Shown one piece after another: positions 23,799-31,597 of a DNA stretch of 31,597 bases. Every line of letters begins with the position of its first letter. Position 1 is the first letter of the stretch. The notes beneath the pieces were generated by a model. That model saw only the letters and a list, made by a program, of their open reading frames with translations. It made no database searches and was not told the DNA's origin. This DNA is from a virus (taxonomy: Duplodnaviria; Caudoviricetes), in IMG/VR virus record IMGVR_UViG_3300016467_000600, positions 1-31,597 of that record. One strand, given 5' to 3'. Both the position numbers and the translations under genes were made by a program.

Positions 23799-24499
23799 CA
23801 GTAAAGCCGGTCATCCCGGACAAATCGACCGCCGATGATACGGAGACGCTCGCCCTTGTCGTTGCCGCCGCCATAGAGGAAGCGATCGTTCTTCAAGGCG
23901 AGGCCCTTGAGCTTGTTGTAATGGGCCGTGGCCTGGGCCATTTTGATCGGGGCGTCCGTGGCCTGGTTGCGGCTAAGGATCTCGGCGGCGGCAAACAGGA
24001 CGAGCAGAACGTCGTCAAGGTCGGCCTTGTCCGTGTCGGAGATGAGGGGAGCCAGCTTCCTGGTGCCACGGAAACGGATGATCTGGTTGTTGTCCACGGG
24101 CACCGGCCATACCTCGAACATGTTGTTCCCGTCGTGTTGCCAGCGGATCACGGGGTTCGTGCCGACGCCACGATCCGAGTCAAACGTGTTGTATTGGGCC
24201 GGACTGATGCCGTACTCGATCGGGTGCCAGATGTTGTTGTACTTCACCCAGGCGTTAGTGACACGGTCAAACTCCAGGTCGTCCGGGAATGAGTACGTGC
24301 GCTCGTTGACGAGCAACGGCTCATCACGGTTGACGACGGCCCAGGGCCATTCGTGATCTGACCACAAACGTTTCTGGACACGTGACAGCAGGAGGTCGTA
24401 CTGCTCGACGGTGTTGACGCCCATCTGGGCGTTGGAGGATACGCCGATCTCCGCACGGAGCATCTGGCGTAGCTCCAGAAGTGACGTTCCTCGGGCCAT
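23798..24499 (-). CDS. Head-tail adaptor / tail tubular protein A-like; likely start MARGTSLL
   Basis: Helical N-terminus, W.W motif, YSFPDD, WPVP and LLVLFAAA patterns typical of podovirus adaptors. The ATG at 24499 lies 1 nt after the upstream stop. Confidence 0.75.
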   Translation of the reverse strand: MARGTSLLELRQMLRAEIGVSSNAQMGVNTVEQYDLLLSRVQKRLWSDHEWPWAVVNRDEPLLVNERTYSFPDDLEFDRVTNAWVKYNNIWHPIEYGISPAQYNTFDSDRGVGTNPVIRWQHDGNNMFEVWPVPVDNNQIIRFRGTRKLAPLISDTDKADLDDVLLVLFAAAEILSRNQATDAPIKMAQATAHYNKLKGLALKNDRFLYGGGNDKGERLRIIGGRFVRDDRLY

Positions 24500-24500
24500 A

Positions 24501-24806
24501 TCAGTTGGCGGTTTCGGCCGCCTTGGCGGCCTTCGGGGTTTCGATGCCAAGATCCTCGAAGGAGGCCGGAAGCTTGGGCATGGTGCCAGGGAAGACCTTG
24601 GTCACGACGTCGGCGCCATAGAACAGCTTGAGGCGTTCCATCTCCTCGCCGCTGGAACGGCGGACGGAGTTCACGTCGGACAGGTTGAGGACGGCATCGG
24701 AGCCGTGGATCTCACGGAGGATGGCGACTTCCGGGGCGGACACCGTACGGACGACGGAGTGCTGGAGGTTGCCGTTGAGGAGGATTTCGGCGAGTGCGAT
24801 CTGCAT
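24501..24806 (-). CDS. Hypothetical virion-module protein (101 aa)
   Basis: Fills the gap between capsid and adaptor genes and has coding-like codon bias. Confidence 0.7.
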   Translation of the reverse strand: MQIALAEILLNGNLQHSVVRTVSAPEVAILREIHGSDAVLNLSDVNSVRRSSGEEMERLKLFYGADVVTKVFPGTMPKLPASFEDLGIETPKAAKAAETAN

Positions 24807-24841
24807 GGTGAGACCATCCTGTCCCGGCGGGATGGACCTGC

Positions 24842-24880
24842 AACAAAGAAAAGGGGCTGACCCGTTAGGATCAGCCCCTT
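24842..24880 (-). terminator. Rho-independent terminator after the major capsid gene
   Basis: AAGGGGCTGATCC-TAAC-GGGTCAGCCCCTT stem followed by TTCTTTGTT on the minus strand. Confidence 0.85.
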
Positions 24881-24898
24881 GGTGCTATGGACTCCGGA

Positions 24899-25975
24899 TC
24901 AGACGGCCTTGTAGACCGCCGAGCTGTTGAGACGCTTGCACACCGTGCCGCCGGTCCAAGTCATCGCCTTGTAGATGACGTACTTGTCCTCGGGTCGGGC
25001 CGGGTTGTGGGTCTTCTTGTCCTCGCCGTCCATCACGTAGAGCTGGATGGAGTCGGTGTCCAGGAAGTAGCAATAGCCACTCTGGTTACCGGAGCCATTC
25101 CACTCGGGCAGGTCGTCGAGGGTCGGGTCGTAGACGAATTCGCCCACGCCGGCCAACGAGATGGCGCCCATGCTGATGCCCTGCGGGCCGGTGAAGCCAC
25201 CCTGGGTGTAGAGACCCTTGGCGTGGATCTCCTTCTCGACCTTCTGGAGGAAGTCCGAGCCGCAGAGGATGGTGTTCGGCTTGCCACCGTAACGCTTCAG
25301 CTGACGGATCTCATGACGGAGGCCGTCGATGATGTTCGTCGCACCGGTCGTGTAGGTGAACTTGTCCGAACGGTTGCGCCACAGGGGGTTGGTGACACGG
25401 CTGATGCCGCCGGTGGTGCCGGTGGCGGACAGGTCGGTACCACCCGTGATGGCGGCGCCAGGCTTGATGTAGGCCTGGATGCCGGGGACGAGCGTCGCAT
25501 CCTGGGTGCCATCCTTCCAGAGCATGGAATTCATGCCTCGGGCCCAGCCCTCGGTCATGTCGTCCAGCTTGGCCTTGAGGATGTTCGTGAGCACGGTGGC
25601 GTCACGGCCGGAATGCTTCGAGGTGCCTTCGCCGGTGGTCGAGTCGGTGACGGAGATGCCATCGATCTTGAGCTCGGTGAGGGTCACCTTGATACCGGCA
25701 TGCAGTTCCTTCCAGGGGTAGGAGGCACGCTTGGTGTTCTGCGGGGTCTGGTAGGAGACCTGGTCGTCGCCTTCATAGCCCGAGATGGTGGTGGTGTAGT
25801 CGAAGACTACGGGGAGGGTGATTTCGCCCTTGCCGCCCGGGAAGCTTTGCTGGCGCTTGGTCATAACGCCGATTAGAGGCTTCTCCTGGATGGTCTGAGC
25901 GAACGCATCGGACTTGACGTGGAAGTCGAGGGCCGAAGCTACGATGTGGTCCAGATTCGAGAAGGAATTGGCCAT
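24899..25975 (-). CDS. Major capsid protein
   Basis: 358 aa, follows the scaffold, is followed by a terminator and has very strong codon bias. The sequence pattern is compatible with an HK97-fold capsid protein. Confidence 0.85.
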   Translation of the reverse strand: MANSFSNLDHIVASALDFHVKSDAFAQTIQEKPLIGVMTKRQQSFPGGKGEITLPVVFDYTTTISGYEGDDQVSYQTPQNTKRASYPWKELHAGIKVTLTELKIDGISVTDSTTGEGTSKHSGRDATVLTNILKAKLDDMTEGWARGMNSMLWKDGTQDATLVPGIQAYIKPGAAITGGTDLSATGTTGGISRVTNPLWRNRSDKFTYTTGATNIIDGLRHEIRQLKRYGGKPNTILCGSDFLQKVEKEIHAKGLYTQGGFTGPQGISMGAISLAGVGEFVYDPTLDDLPEWNGSGNQSGYCYFLDTDSIQLYVMDGEDKKTHNPARPEDKYVIYKAMTWTGGTVCKRLNSSAVYKAV

Positions 25976-25987
25976 GGTAGTTGTTCG

Positions 25988-27040
25988 TTAGGTTTGGAGG
26001 CCCATCCGCACGATATCCTCGAGGGATCTCGCAACAGGACGGGTGGTTGCGGACGACATCGAGCTGGTCGGGGTACGCATGGCGGTATTCCGCCCGGCAA
26101 GCGGTCGAAGCCGGTCATTCACGTCGGAGAGCGCACGCTTTGCGAGCGTGACCGCTTCTTCCGGCGTGGACGGTTTCGCCGACGCCAAGAGCGTCCGCAC
26201 ACGATCCTGCACCATCTCGTATTTCACGGACCAATCCGGATCCCTTGCCTTTTCGGAAGCTTCCCATCCGACCACGGCGTCGTACATCGACTTCTGCTGA
26301 GCGGCTTGCTGTTGGGCGATCTGGGCTTGGTAGATCTCCTCGGTCCGCTTGTTGAGGAATTCCTTCTCCGCCTTTAGGCGGGAAAGCTCCTTGGCGGATT
26401 CGGGATCAACGAAACCATCGTCGACCTTGGCTTTGACGTCTGGATGAAGCTCTTCCCCGGTGAAAGGGGCGAGCTTCTTCATGTACGTCTGCAACTGCTC
26501 ATAGGCGGCGGCAGGGTTATGCTTCATGAGCGCCATCACACGCATACCATCGGCCATCTCGTTCGGAGTAAGGCTGTTGGTATTCATGAAATTGACGATC
26601 TTGTCGTACTGCTCGGCCCTGGGTTTCAGGGCATCACGCTCCGACAGCATTTCCTTCCACCGTGGGTGGTTATGGAACGGCAACTTTTCGGCCGCCTTCG
26701 GGTCTTCCGCATGCGTACGGCCGTCGTCCAGACTGCCTTTCGCATCGTTAGAGGATCCGTTGACGGGATCTGTGTTCCCCCCGGTGGACGAGATCGGGTC
26801 GGGTGAAGTCTTGTTGTATGCGGCTTTCACCACGTCCAACAAGCTCGCCTTCTTATTAGCGTCCTTGTCGCCCGAGGCTGACGAAGCCTGGGTCTGCTCT
26901 TTAGCGTCCTGGGGCGGCGGCGACGATTCTGTTGCCTGGACAGGCGTCGCCTCCGGTGCCGATGCCACGATAGGCTCCGGCGTTGAGTTCGTGGAATCAG
27001 CTGACGGTGCTGATTCGGCTGGATTTAGCGTCTCGCTCAC
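25988..27040 (-). CDS. Capsid scaffolding protein
   Basis: Acidic disordered N-terminus, PFHNHPRWKEM, coiled coils, and location between portal and capsid. GTG start. Confidence 0.75.
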   Translation of the reverse strand: MSETLNPAESAPSADSTNSTPEPIVASAPEATPVQATESSPPPQDAKEQTQASSASGDKDANKKASLLDVVKAAYNKTSPDPISSTGGNTDPVNGSSNDAKGSLDDGRTHAEDPKAAEKLPFHNHPRWKEMLSERDALKPRAEQYDKIVNFMNTNSLTPNEMADGMRVMALMKHNPAAAYEQLQTYMKKLAPFTGEELHPDVKAKVDDGFVDPESAKELSRLKAEKEFLNKRTEEIYQAQIAQQQAAQQKSMYDAVVGWEASEKARDPDWSVKYEMVQDRVRTLLASAKPSTPEEAVTLAKRALSDVNDRLRPLAGRNTAMRTPTSSMSSATTRPVARSLEDIVRMGLQT

Positions 27041-27046
27041 AAGGTC

Positions 27047-27074
27047 ATGTTCGCATTGTCCTGTAATAGATCAA
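27047..27074 (-). promoter_or_regulatory. Candidate promoter TTGATC-N17-AACAT, 6 nt upstream of GTG, overlapped by inverted repeat TAATAGA-N6-TCTATTA (27064-27083)
   Basis: Same spacing as 5483-5510. It lies in one of the few intergenic gaps. Confidence 0.4.
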
Positions 27075-27080
27075 GCTCTA

Positions 27081-29222
27081 TTAACCAGGTACGTTTGCGT
27101 AGGTTATGGGCGTCGGGATGTTCGGGACGCCCTGGGAATTCGGGATCGGAGTTCCGCCCACGGGAGCACCAGGAGCGCCGCCAGGGGTGGGAGCATTCAT
27201 GGCACCTCCTACACCTTGTAGGGCAGGGTTACCCATGGCTGTTTCCTGGGCCTGTTGCATGGCGTTCTGGGCCACGATGGACGGGATGGCCGCCTTGATG
27301 GCTTCGGTCAGATCAAGGCCGTCATCCATGCGACGGATGGCCTCCTTGGCCAGCCATGTCGGATCAATTCCAGGAATCTGGATGATGGTAGGCGCAAGGC
27401 GCTCGAAATTGGCAATTTCGGCGGCCTTGTTAGGTCGGCCGGAGCTACCGGCGGCCACCTCGAGCATCAGTTCATCGGCGATCTCCTGGGCCGACAGAAC
27501 GGGCCAGGAGGCGCCAGGGCCGGCGATCTTCTGAGCCGTCATTGGGTCCATGTTGGTCAAGAGCACCTGGCCGGCGGCCCGGCAAAGCTCGGTCAAGAAG
27601 TCGTCCAGGTCATCGACGTTAGATCCGATCGAGCTCATGCGGCTGGATTCGGCGACGGACACTTCCGTGGCCGTGGAGCCCGTGGTGCCGCCGAGGTTGG
27701 CTTCCTGGGAGCCGACTACACGGAACATGTCCTCCATAAGAGGGGCCACGTCGTACAGGCCGGCATCCAGGGGAACCGGCTTGACCTGCTGGATGATGGT
27801 GCCGACGTCCTGGCCAGGCTGAAGGCTGTTGAGCTGGATGACCTCGTTGGGCTGGCGGTCCATCAGCTTCTTGACGTCGGTTTCGTTCAACGATCCGACG
27901 GGAACAACGTACAGCGGGCGGTTGGCGTTGCGGTGCTCACGGAATCGCTGGCGTGCCAGGTTGTATTCGAGCTGGATCGGCTTGAGGAGCCGGACGTCGG
28001 ACGGCGGGAAAATGTCACGGTCGGACTCGACCTCGTTGAACACCAAGGTGAAGAACGGCCAAAACCGCTTGAGCTTGATCTCCGGGCAACCTGGTTCGAT
28101 TAGGAAATCCGGATAGCCTTCGGCGATGACGTATTTCATGCCGTCACGCTTGCTGTAGATCTCCCAGATCCGGCAGACGCAACAATCGTCATCCTTGGAC
28201 TTTTCGGAGGTCCAGGTCTCCGGGGTGGGTTCGTGCTTCGTATAGGATGTCCCGAGGTCGACTTGGTAGATCTCCTTCACCTCGTCGGTCGTCATGATGA
28301 ACTCCTGGGCGACCCATTCGGCGCCGATGAAGTTCTTCAGCTGACGGCAACGTGGGTCGACGATGATGTTCTGCGTCTGCGGGAAATCGAAGACGAGTCC
28401 CTCGTCGAGGATCGTGTCCTCTTTTTCGGACAGCTCCTTGAGCATGAGCTTCATCTGCTCGAACTTTGCGTTGTTCTCGTCGAACTTGGCGTCCTGCTGG
28501 TCCTGGATGAGGGTCTCGAGCACACGGATCTGCTCCTTGATGTCCGTGATCTTCTCGACGTCCTCGGGACGCTTGCCGATCGAACGCTGGTAGCCGACTT
28601 TGACGTAGCCGACGCCGGTGACGCACGTGCGTCGCACCAACTGCTTCATCTGGCCCTTGAAATTGTTGTGCTCAAGCAGGTAATGGAATACGACCTCCAG
28701 GGTGCGTGCGACCTTGTCCATCTTGGATCGCATCAAGAAGCCGTTCTTGACGTCGTCCAACAGGGCCATGGCCTCCGGGTTCTGCATGCCTCCGGTCTGG
28801 GCCATGGTGAGCTCGTTCATCGCCTGGGCTTCCTGGAGCTGGCTCTGCTCCTCGTTCCAGATCTGGAAATCGAGCTTGCGGCGACGCTTGGCGACGGCCT
28901 TCGGGTTCTTGGCGTAGAGCGAGGCGACACGGGTCTGCACGTGACGCTGGACGATGTTGGCGACGTACCGATCGTCACGTTCGGTGGCGTACGGCCATTG
29001 CTTACCCATGTAGAAGTCCGTGTCCTCCTTCATGTTCTTGAAGACACGGTCCCAATGCTTCTTGGCACGGGTGACCTTGTTCTCCCATTGCTTGACGAGC
29101 GCCTTGCGTGCGGCCGTCTCGGCCGGATCCGGCTCACGCTTGATGCCGACGGGCTGGACTTCGCCTTCGTTGACGGAGTCCGGATCGTAGGCCTCTTGGC
29201 CCATGGGTTCGTTGGGTTCCAT
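27081..29222 (-). CDS. Portal protein (P22-like, 713 aa)
   Basis: Located after the terminase. Motifs FYMGKQW, TGVGYVKV, IWEIY and TATEV, plus a Gln/Pro-rich C-terminal tail. Confidence 0.85.
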   Translation of the reverse strand: MEPNEPMGQEAYDPDSVNEGEVQPVGIKREPDPAETAARKALVKQWENKVTRAKKHWDRVFKNMKEDTDFYMGKQWPYATERDDRYVANIVQRHVQTRVASLYAKNPKAVAKRRRKLDFQIWNEEQSQLQEAQAMNELTMAQTGGMQNPEAMALLDDVKNGFLMRSKMDKVARTLEVVFHYLLEHNNFKGQMKQLVRRTCVTGVGYVKVGYQRSIGKRPEDVEKITDIKEQIRVLETLIQDQQDAKFDENNAKFEQMKLMLKELSEKEDTILDEGLVFDFPQTQNIIVDPRCRQLKNFIGAEWVAQEFIMTTDEVKEIYQVDLGTSYTKHEPTPETWTSEKSKDDDCCVCRIWEIYSKRDGMKYVIAEGYPDFLIEPGCPEIKLKRFWPFFTLVFNEVESDRDIFPPSDVRLLKPIQLEYNLARQRFREHRNANRPLYVVPVGSLNETDVKKLMDRQPNEVIQLNSLQPGQDVGTIIQQVKPVPLDAGLYDVAPLMEDMFRVVGSQEANLGGTTGSTATEVSVAESSRMSSIGSNVDDLDDFLTELCRAAGQVLLTNMDPMTAQKIAGPGASWPVLSAQEIADELMLEVAAGSSGRPNKAAEIANFERLAPTIIQIPGIDPTWLAKEAIRRMDDGLDLTEAIKAAIPSIVAQNAMQQAQETAMGNPALQGVGGAMNAPTPGGAPGAPVGGTPIPNSQGVPNIPTPITYANVPG

Positions 29223-29527
29223 TAGAAATTGCGGGTATATCCGATGTTGGCCTGGGTCATCGGAAACTGCCCCATGGTGCGGTTGACGGATGCGTTGAAT
29301 CCGCCGTTCTGGTAGTTTACGCCGACATTCGGCGCAACAAATGGCTTCATGCCAGGTACGAGCGACGCATTCACTCCGGCGTTCAGATCGACGCCACGGA
29401 TTGCGTTCGGATACATGGCTTGAAGGCCAAGATTCACGCCGCTCATGCCTTGCGGCATGCCAGAGATCGATGCGGCCAACGGATTGAGCTTCTGGCCGGT
29501 TGAAAGCATCGGGATGTTCTCGTTCAT
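29222..29527 (-). CDS. Hypothetical 101-aa Gly/Asn-rich beta-strand protein
   Basis: Fills the terminase-portal gap and its stop overlaps the portal ATG (TAATG). Confidence 0.65.
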   Translation of the reverse strand: MNENIPMLSTGQKLNPLAASISGMPQGMSGVNLGLQAMYPNAIRGVDLNAGVNASLVPGMKPFVAPNVGVNYQNGGFNASVNRTMGQFPMTQANIGYTRNF

Positions 29528-29540
29528 GGCGTCATGTTCC

Positions 29541-31115
29541 TCAAGACCACATGTTTTTCAACCTGTTTTCGGCGAAGGCCCTCATGTTGGCCGAGTGCTT
29601 CACCCAGGCCAGCGTGCCGGTCTTGAGCGCACCTTTCTTCTCCTCGATCGGGGAGGCGGCGGCCTGGAGGCCGAGACCCATGCCGATGTGGGCCATGTAG
29701 TCGACGAAGTCGTCGTGGCGGCCGGCCGGGAACTTCATCATCTCGTTCTGGGCGTCCTGCCACCAGGTGGCGAACTTCGGGAAGAACACCTTGCCCATGG
29801 CCATGCGCCCACGGATCGCCTGGGCACGGGTCTGCTTGTCCTTGGCCGGCGTCACCTCGTCGATGGCGCAGTAGATCCGCTCCTCGCCCATGCGTTTACG
29901 CAGGAACGGGCCTATCGCCTTGGAGATATGTCCACGTTCTGCCCACCACAGGATGGGTTTGTTTCGTCGCATCTGGTCAAGCATCCCATCGCACACGGCA
30001 TCCGTGGCCGCACGTCGCCAAAACAGGTCTGGCAGTACCCAGATATTGTCGTCTTCGTCGACGCCGACGCAACCAAAGCAGGTCTTGTCGGCGTCCTGGG
30101 CGATCGAAACAGCGTGGTCAGACGCCGCATAAATCCTAAGATTTGTGGGAAGTTCATGGGGGGATGAGTAAGTTTTTAGCCAATCTCGCTTGAAATACTC
30201 GCCGTCGTCCGGCGTCGGTTGGCCCTGGTACAAAGCGGAAAAACCCATGGGGTCCAATCGACGTATCCCGTCCAACGTGTCGATAGGGAACCGCTCCGGC
30301 CATAGGGCCTCGCCTGGCTTGCGGTTCATCGGATCTCCGTCCACGGCAATCGCCGGCAACGCCAGGATCCTCCAATTGGCGGCCTCGTCCTGGTTGAAGC
30401 ATGGGTTGCTTTTGTCCGTGAGGCGACCGATCAGATCGTCCTCGTGCCAGCGGGTCATGATGATGACCACACGACCGCCGGGCATCAGACGTGTCATCGC
30501 AACTTGCGTGAACCACGTCCAGAGCTTGTCCCGGAGCGACTTCGAGTTGGCTTCCTCACGGTCTTTGATCGGGTCGTCGATGACAAGGAGGTCCGCACCA
30601 CGGCCCGTAAGAGCGCCGCCACGCCCGACAAAAACGGCCAACCCTCCTTCGTCGGTCTGGATGCGATCAGCCGCCTGGCTTCCTGTGCGAAGCTTGCAAC
30701 CGGGGAAGACCTGCTGGAAGACGGGTGATCGCATGGTTTCACGGACCGATCTGCCGAAGTCCTGGGCGAATTCTTCATTGTATGTGGAAAAGATCATCTG
30801 CCGGTACGGATCACGTCCGAGGAACCAGGCCGGGAAACGTTTCGACGCCAGCTCCGATTTCCCGTGGCGAGGCGGCATCGTGATGATGAGCCGGCGCATG
30901 CGACCGGCGTCGACCTCCTCGAGGGCGGCGGCGATCACCTCGTGGTGCCTGGCCGCCTTGTAGCGTGAGCGTGTATGGTCGTCCGGGTTTTCCGGATCCG
31001 GCAACGTGAAACGTGTGAAGTCGAGCAACGAGTCCTTGGCTTTCTTGAGGCGCAACAGACGCTCTGCGGCCGTCACCTGCCGCTGGATCTCGTCTATCGT
31101 GTCGTCATTCGGCAT
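29541..31115 (-). CDS. terL: Terminase large subunit
   Basis: Walker A PPRHGKS, GRGADLLVIDDPIKD (Walker B), MTRWHEDDL, ALYQGQP, and nuclease motifs ASDHA and HDDFVD. Confidence 0.95.
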   Translation of the reverse strand: MPNDDTIDEIQRQVTAAERLLRLKKAKDSLLDFTRFTLPDPENPDDHTRSRYKAARHHEVIAAALEEVDAGRMRRLIITMPPRHGKSELASKRFPAWFLGRDPYRQMIFSTYNEEFAQDFGRSVRETMRSPVFQQVFPGCKLRTGSQAADRIQTDEGGLAVFVGRGGALTGRGADLLVIDDPIKDREEANSKSLRDKLWTWFTQVAMTRLMPGGRVVIIMTRWHEDDLIGRLTDKSNPCFNQDEAANWRILALPAIAVDGDPMNRKPGEALWPERFPIDTLDGIRRLDPMGFSALYQGQPTPDDGEYFKRDWLKTYSSPHELPTNLRIYAASDHAVSIAQDADKTCFGCVGVDEDDNIWVLPDLFWRRAATDAVCDGMLDQMRRNKPILWWAERGHISKAIGPFLRKRMGEERIYCAIDEVTPAKDKQTRAQAIRGRMAMGKVFFPKFATWWQDAQNEMMKFPAGRHDDFVDYMAHIGMGLGLQAAASPIEEKKGALKTGTLAWVKHSANMRAFAENRLKNMWS

Positions 31116-31597
31116 CAGAACTTGAACGTCGATTCATACCATGTAGTTCCGCCGTCCTCGGTGTAGAACAATCCGGTTCCGGAATCCGGATTGGACAACA
31201 GCGGGAACGTGATCGTCACGACTCCGGAGGAAAGATTCACGCTCATGGCCGAGTTCATGGCGCCGGCGTTCTTGACGCCAAACCACTTCCCGGACGAAGA
31301 AAATTCCGAATTGGAAACAGGCCTGTTGAGGCAGCTGGATCTCAAAGGGGTGTAGAAATAACCACCTCCGTCGAAACCGATCGCCGTGTCGTCAATCTGC
31401 GACCGGATGGATTCGACGACGGCTTGCCGGCGTGCGTCGTTGATGTCTGCGTTCGTACCGTTGGCTCCAGCAGGACCTTGCGGTCCGACGATCGTGATCG
31501 GCGCCCATAGCGACGTTCCGGCCGTGACCGGATCGTTGTAATACGATGTGTGCGTGCTGAGCGCCGTGTACAGCAGACCGTTGAATTCCACGAAGTC
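31115..31597 (-). CDS. 3' part of a fibre/adhesin-like virion protein (5' end outside the window)
   Basis: The frame is open to the window edge. DFVEFNGLLYTALSTHTS...P.....W resembles a CBM5/12-type module and is followed by a short collagen-like GPQGPAGANG. Confidence 0.55.
   Translation of the reverse strand, partial: DFVEFNGLLYTALSTHTSYYNDPVTAGTSLWAPITIVGPQGPAGANGTNADINDARRQAVVESIRSQIDDTAIGFDGGGYFYTPLRSSCLNRPVSNSEFSSSGKWFGVKNAGAMNSAMSVNLSSGVVTITFPLLSNPDSGTGLFYTEDGGTTWYESTFKF

Larger units (their letters stand above)
1..31597 (-). mobile_element. Tailed dsDNA bacteriophage or prophage segment (podovirus-like morphogenesis, lysis and replication modules)
   Basis: Co-oriented, tightly packed genes with several stop/start overlaps (TGATG, TAATG). 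The order terminase-portal-scaffold-capsid-adaptor-nozzle-ejection proteins has no tape measure or sheath gene. No host genes, integrase or att sites are visible, so phage versus prophage cannot be decided. Confidence 0.95.

Noticed and set aside
24500-24550. Extended start of the adaptor ORF (MASKPRRPPRRPKPP)
   Set aside because: It overlaps the upstream gene out of frame. The ATG at 24499 fits the operon spacing.
25760-25780. YEGD in the major capsid protein (and VEGD/YEGD inside the giant protein) as extra processing sites
   Set aside because: They lack the invariant Ser and lie within apparent domains, so they are compatible with chance.
1-31597. tRNA, rRNA, CRISPR array, integrase/att sites, virion RNA polymerase in the giant protein
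   Set aside because: Intergenic gaps are too short or lack cloverleaf and repeat-spacer patterns. No tyrosine or serine recombinase motifs were seen, and no DxDGD or T7-type polymerase motifs were recognised in the giant ORF.

Overview
The whole window is a contiguous part of a tailed dsDNA phage or prophage genome with podovirus-like organisation, and all credible genes are on the minus strand. In transcription order (high to low coordinates) it encodes a truncated fibre-like ORF, large terminase, a small beta-rich ORF, portal, scaffold, major capsid protein (followed by an intrinsic terminator), adaptor, nozzle, a GNAT-like virion protein and three ejection-type proteins. These are followed by a 4005-aa giant virion protein, a membrane/lysis cassette, a Cro-like regulator and a recombination/replication block (Sak4-like AAA ATPase, SSB-like protein, SF2 helicase). 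The standout feature is the giant protein. It contains 12 exact copies of the tetrapeptide SEGD, encoded by varying synonymous codons, which sit at the borders of discrete 33-406 aa modules. The modules are two JAB/RadC-like units, one BECR/EndoU-like unit, two GNAT-like units, three paralogues of an unrecognised IGH...H...GRI domain, two orphan units and a 33-aa mini-unit. An HExxH zincin motif lies just upstream of the first SEGD. I infer a virion-injected polyprotein that is cut at SEGD to release an array of effectors. All product calls come from visual motif recognition and gene order; no database search was run.
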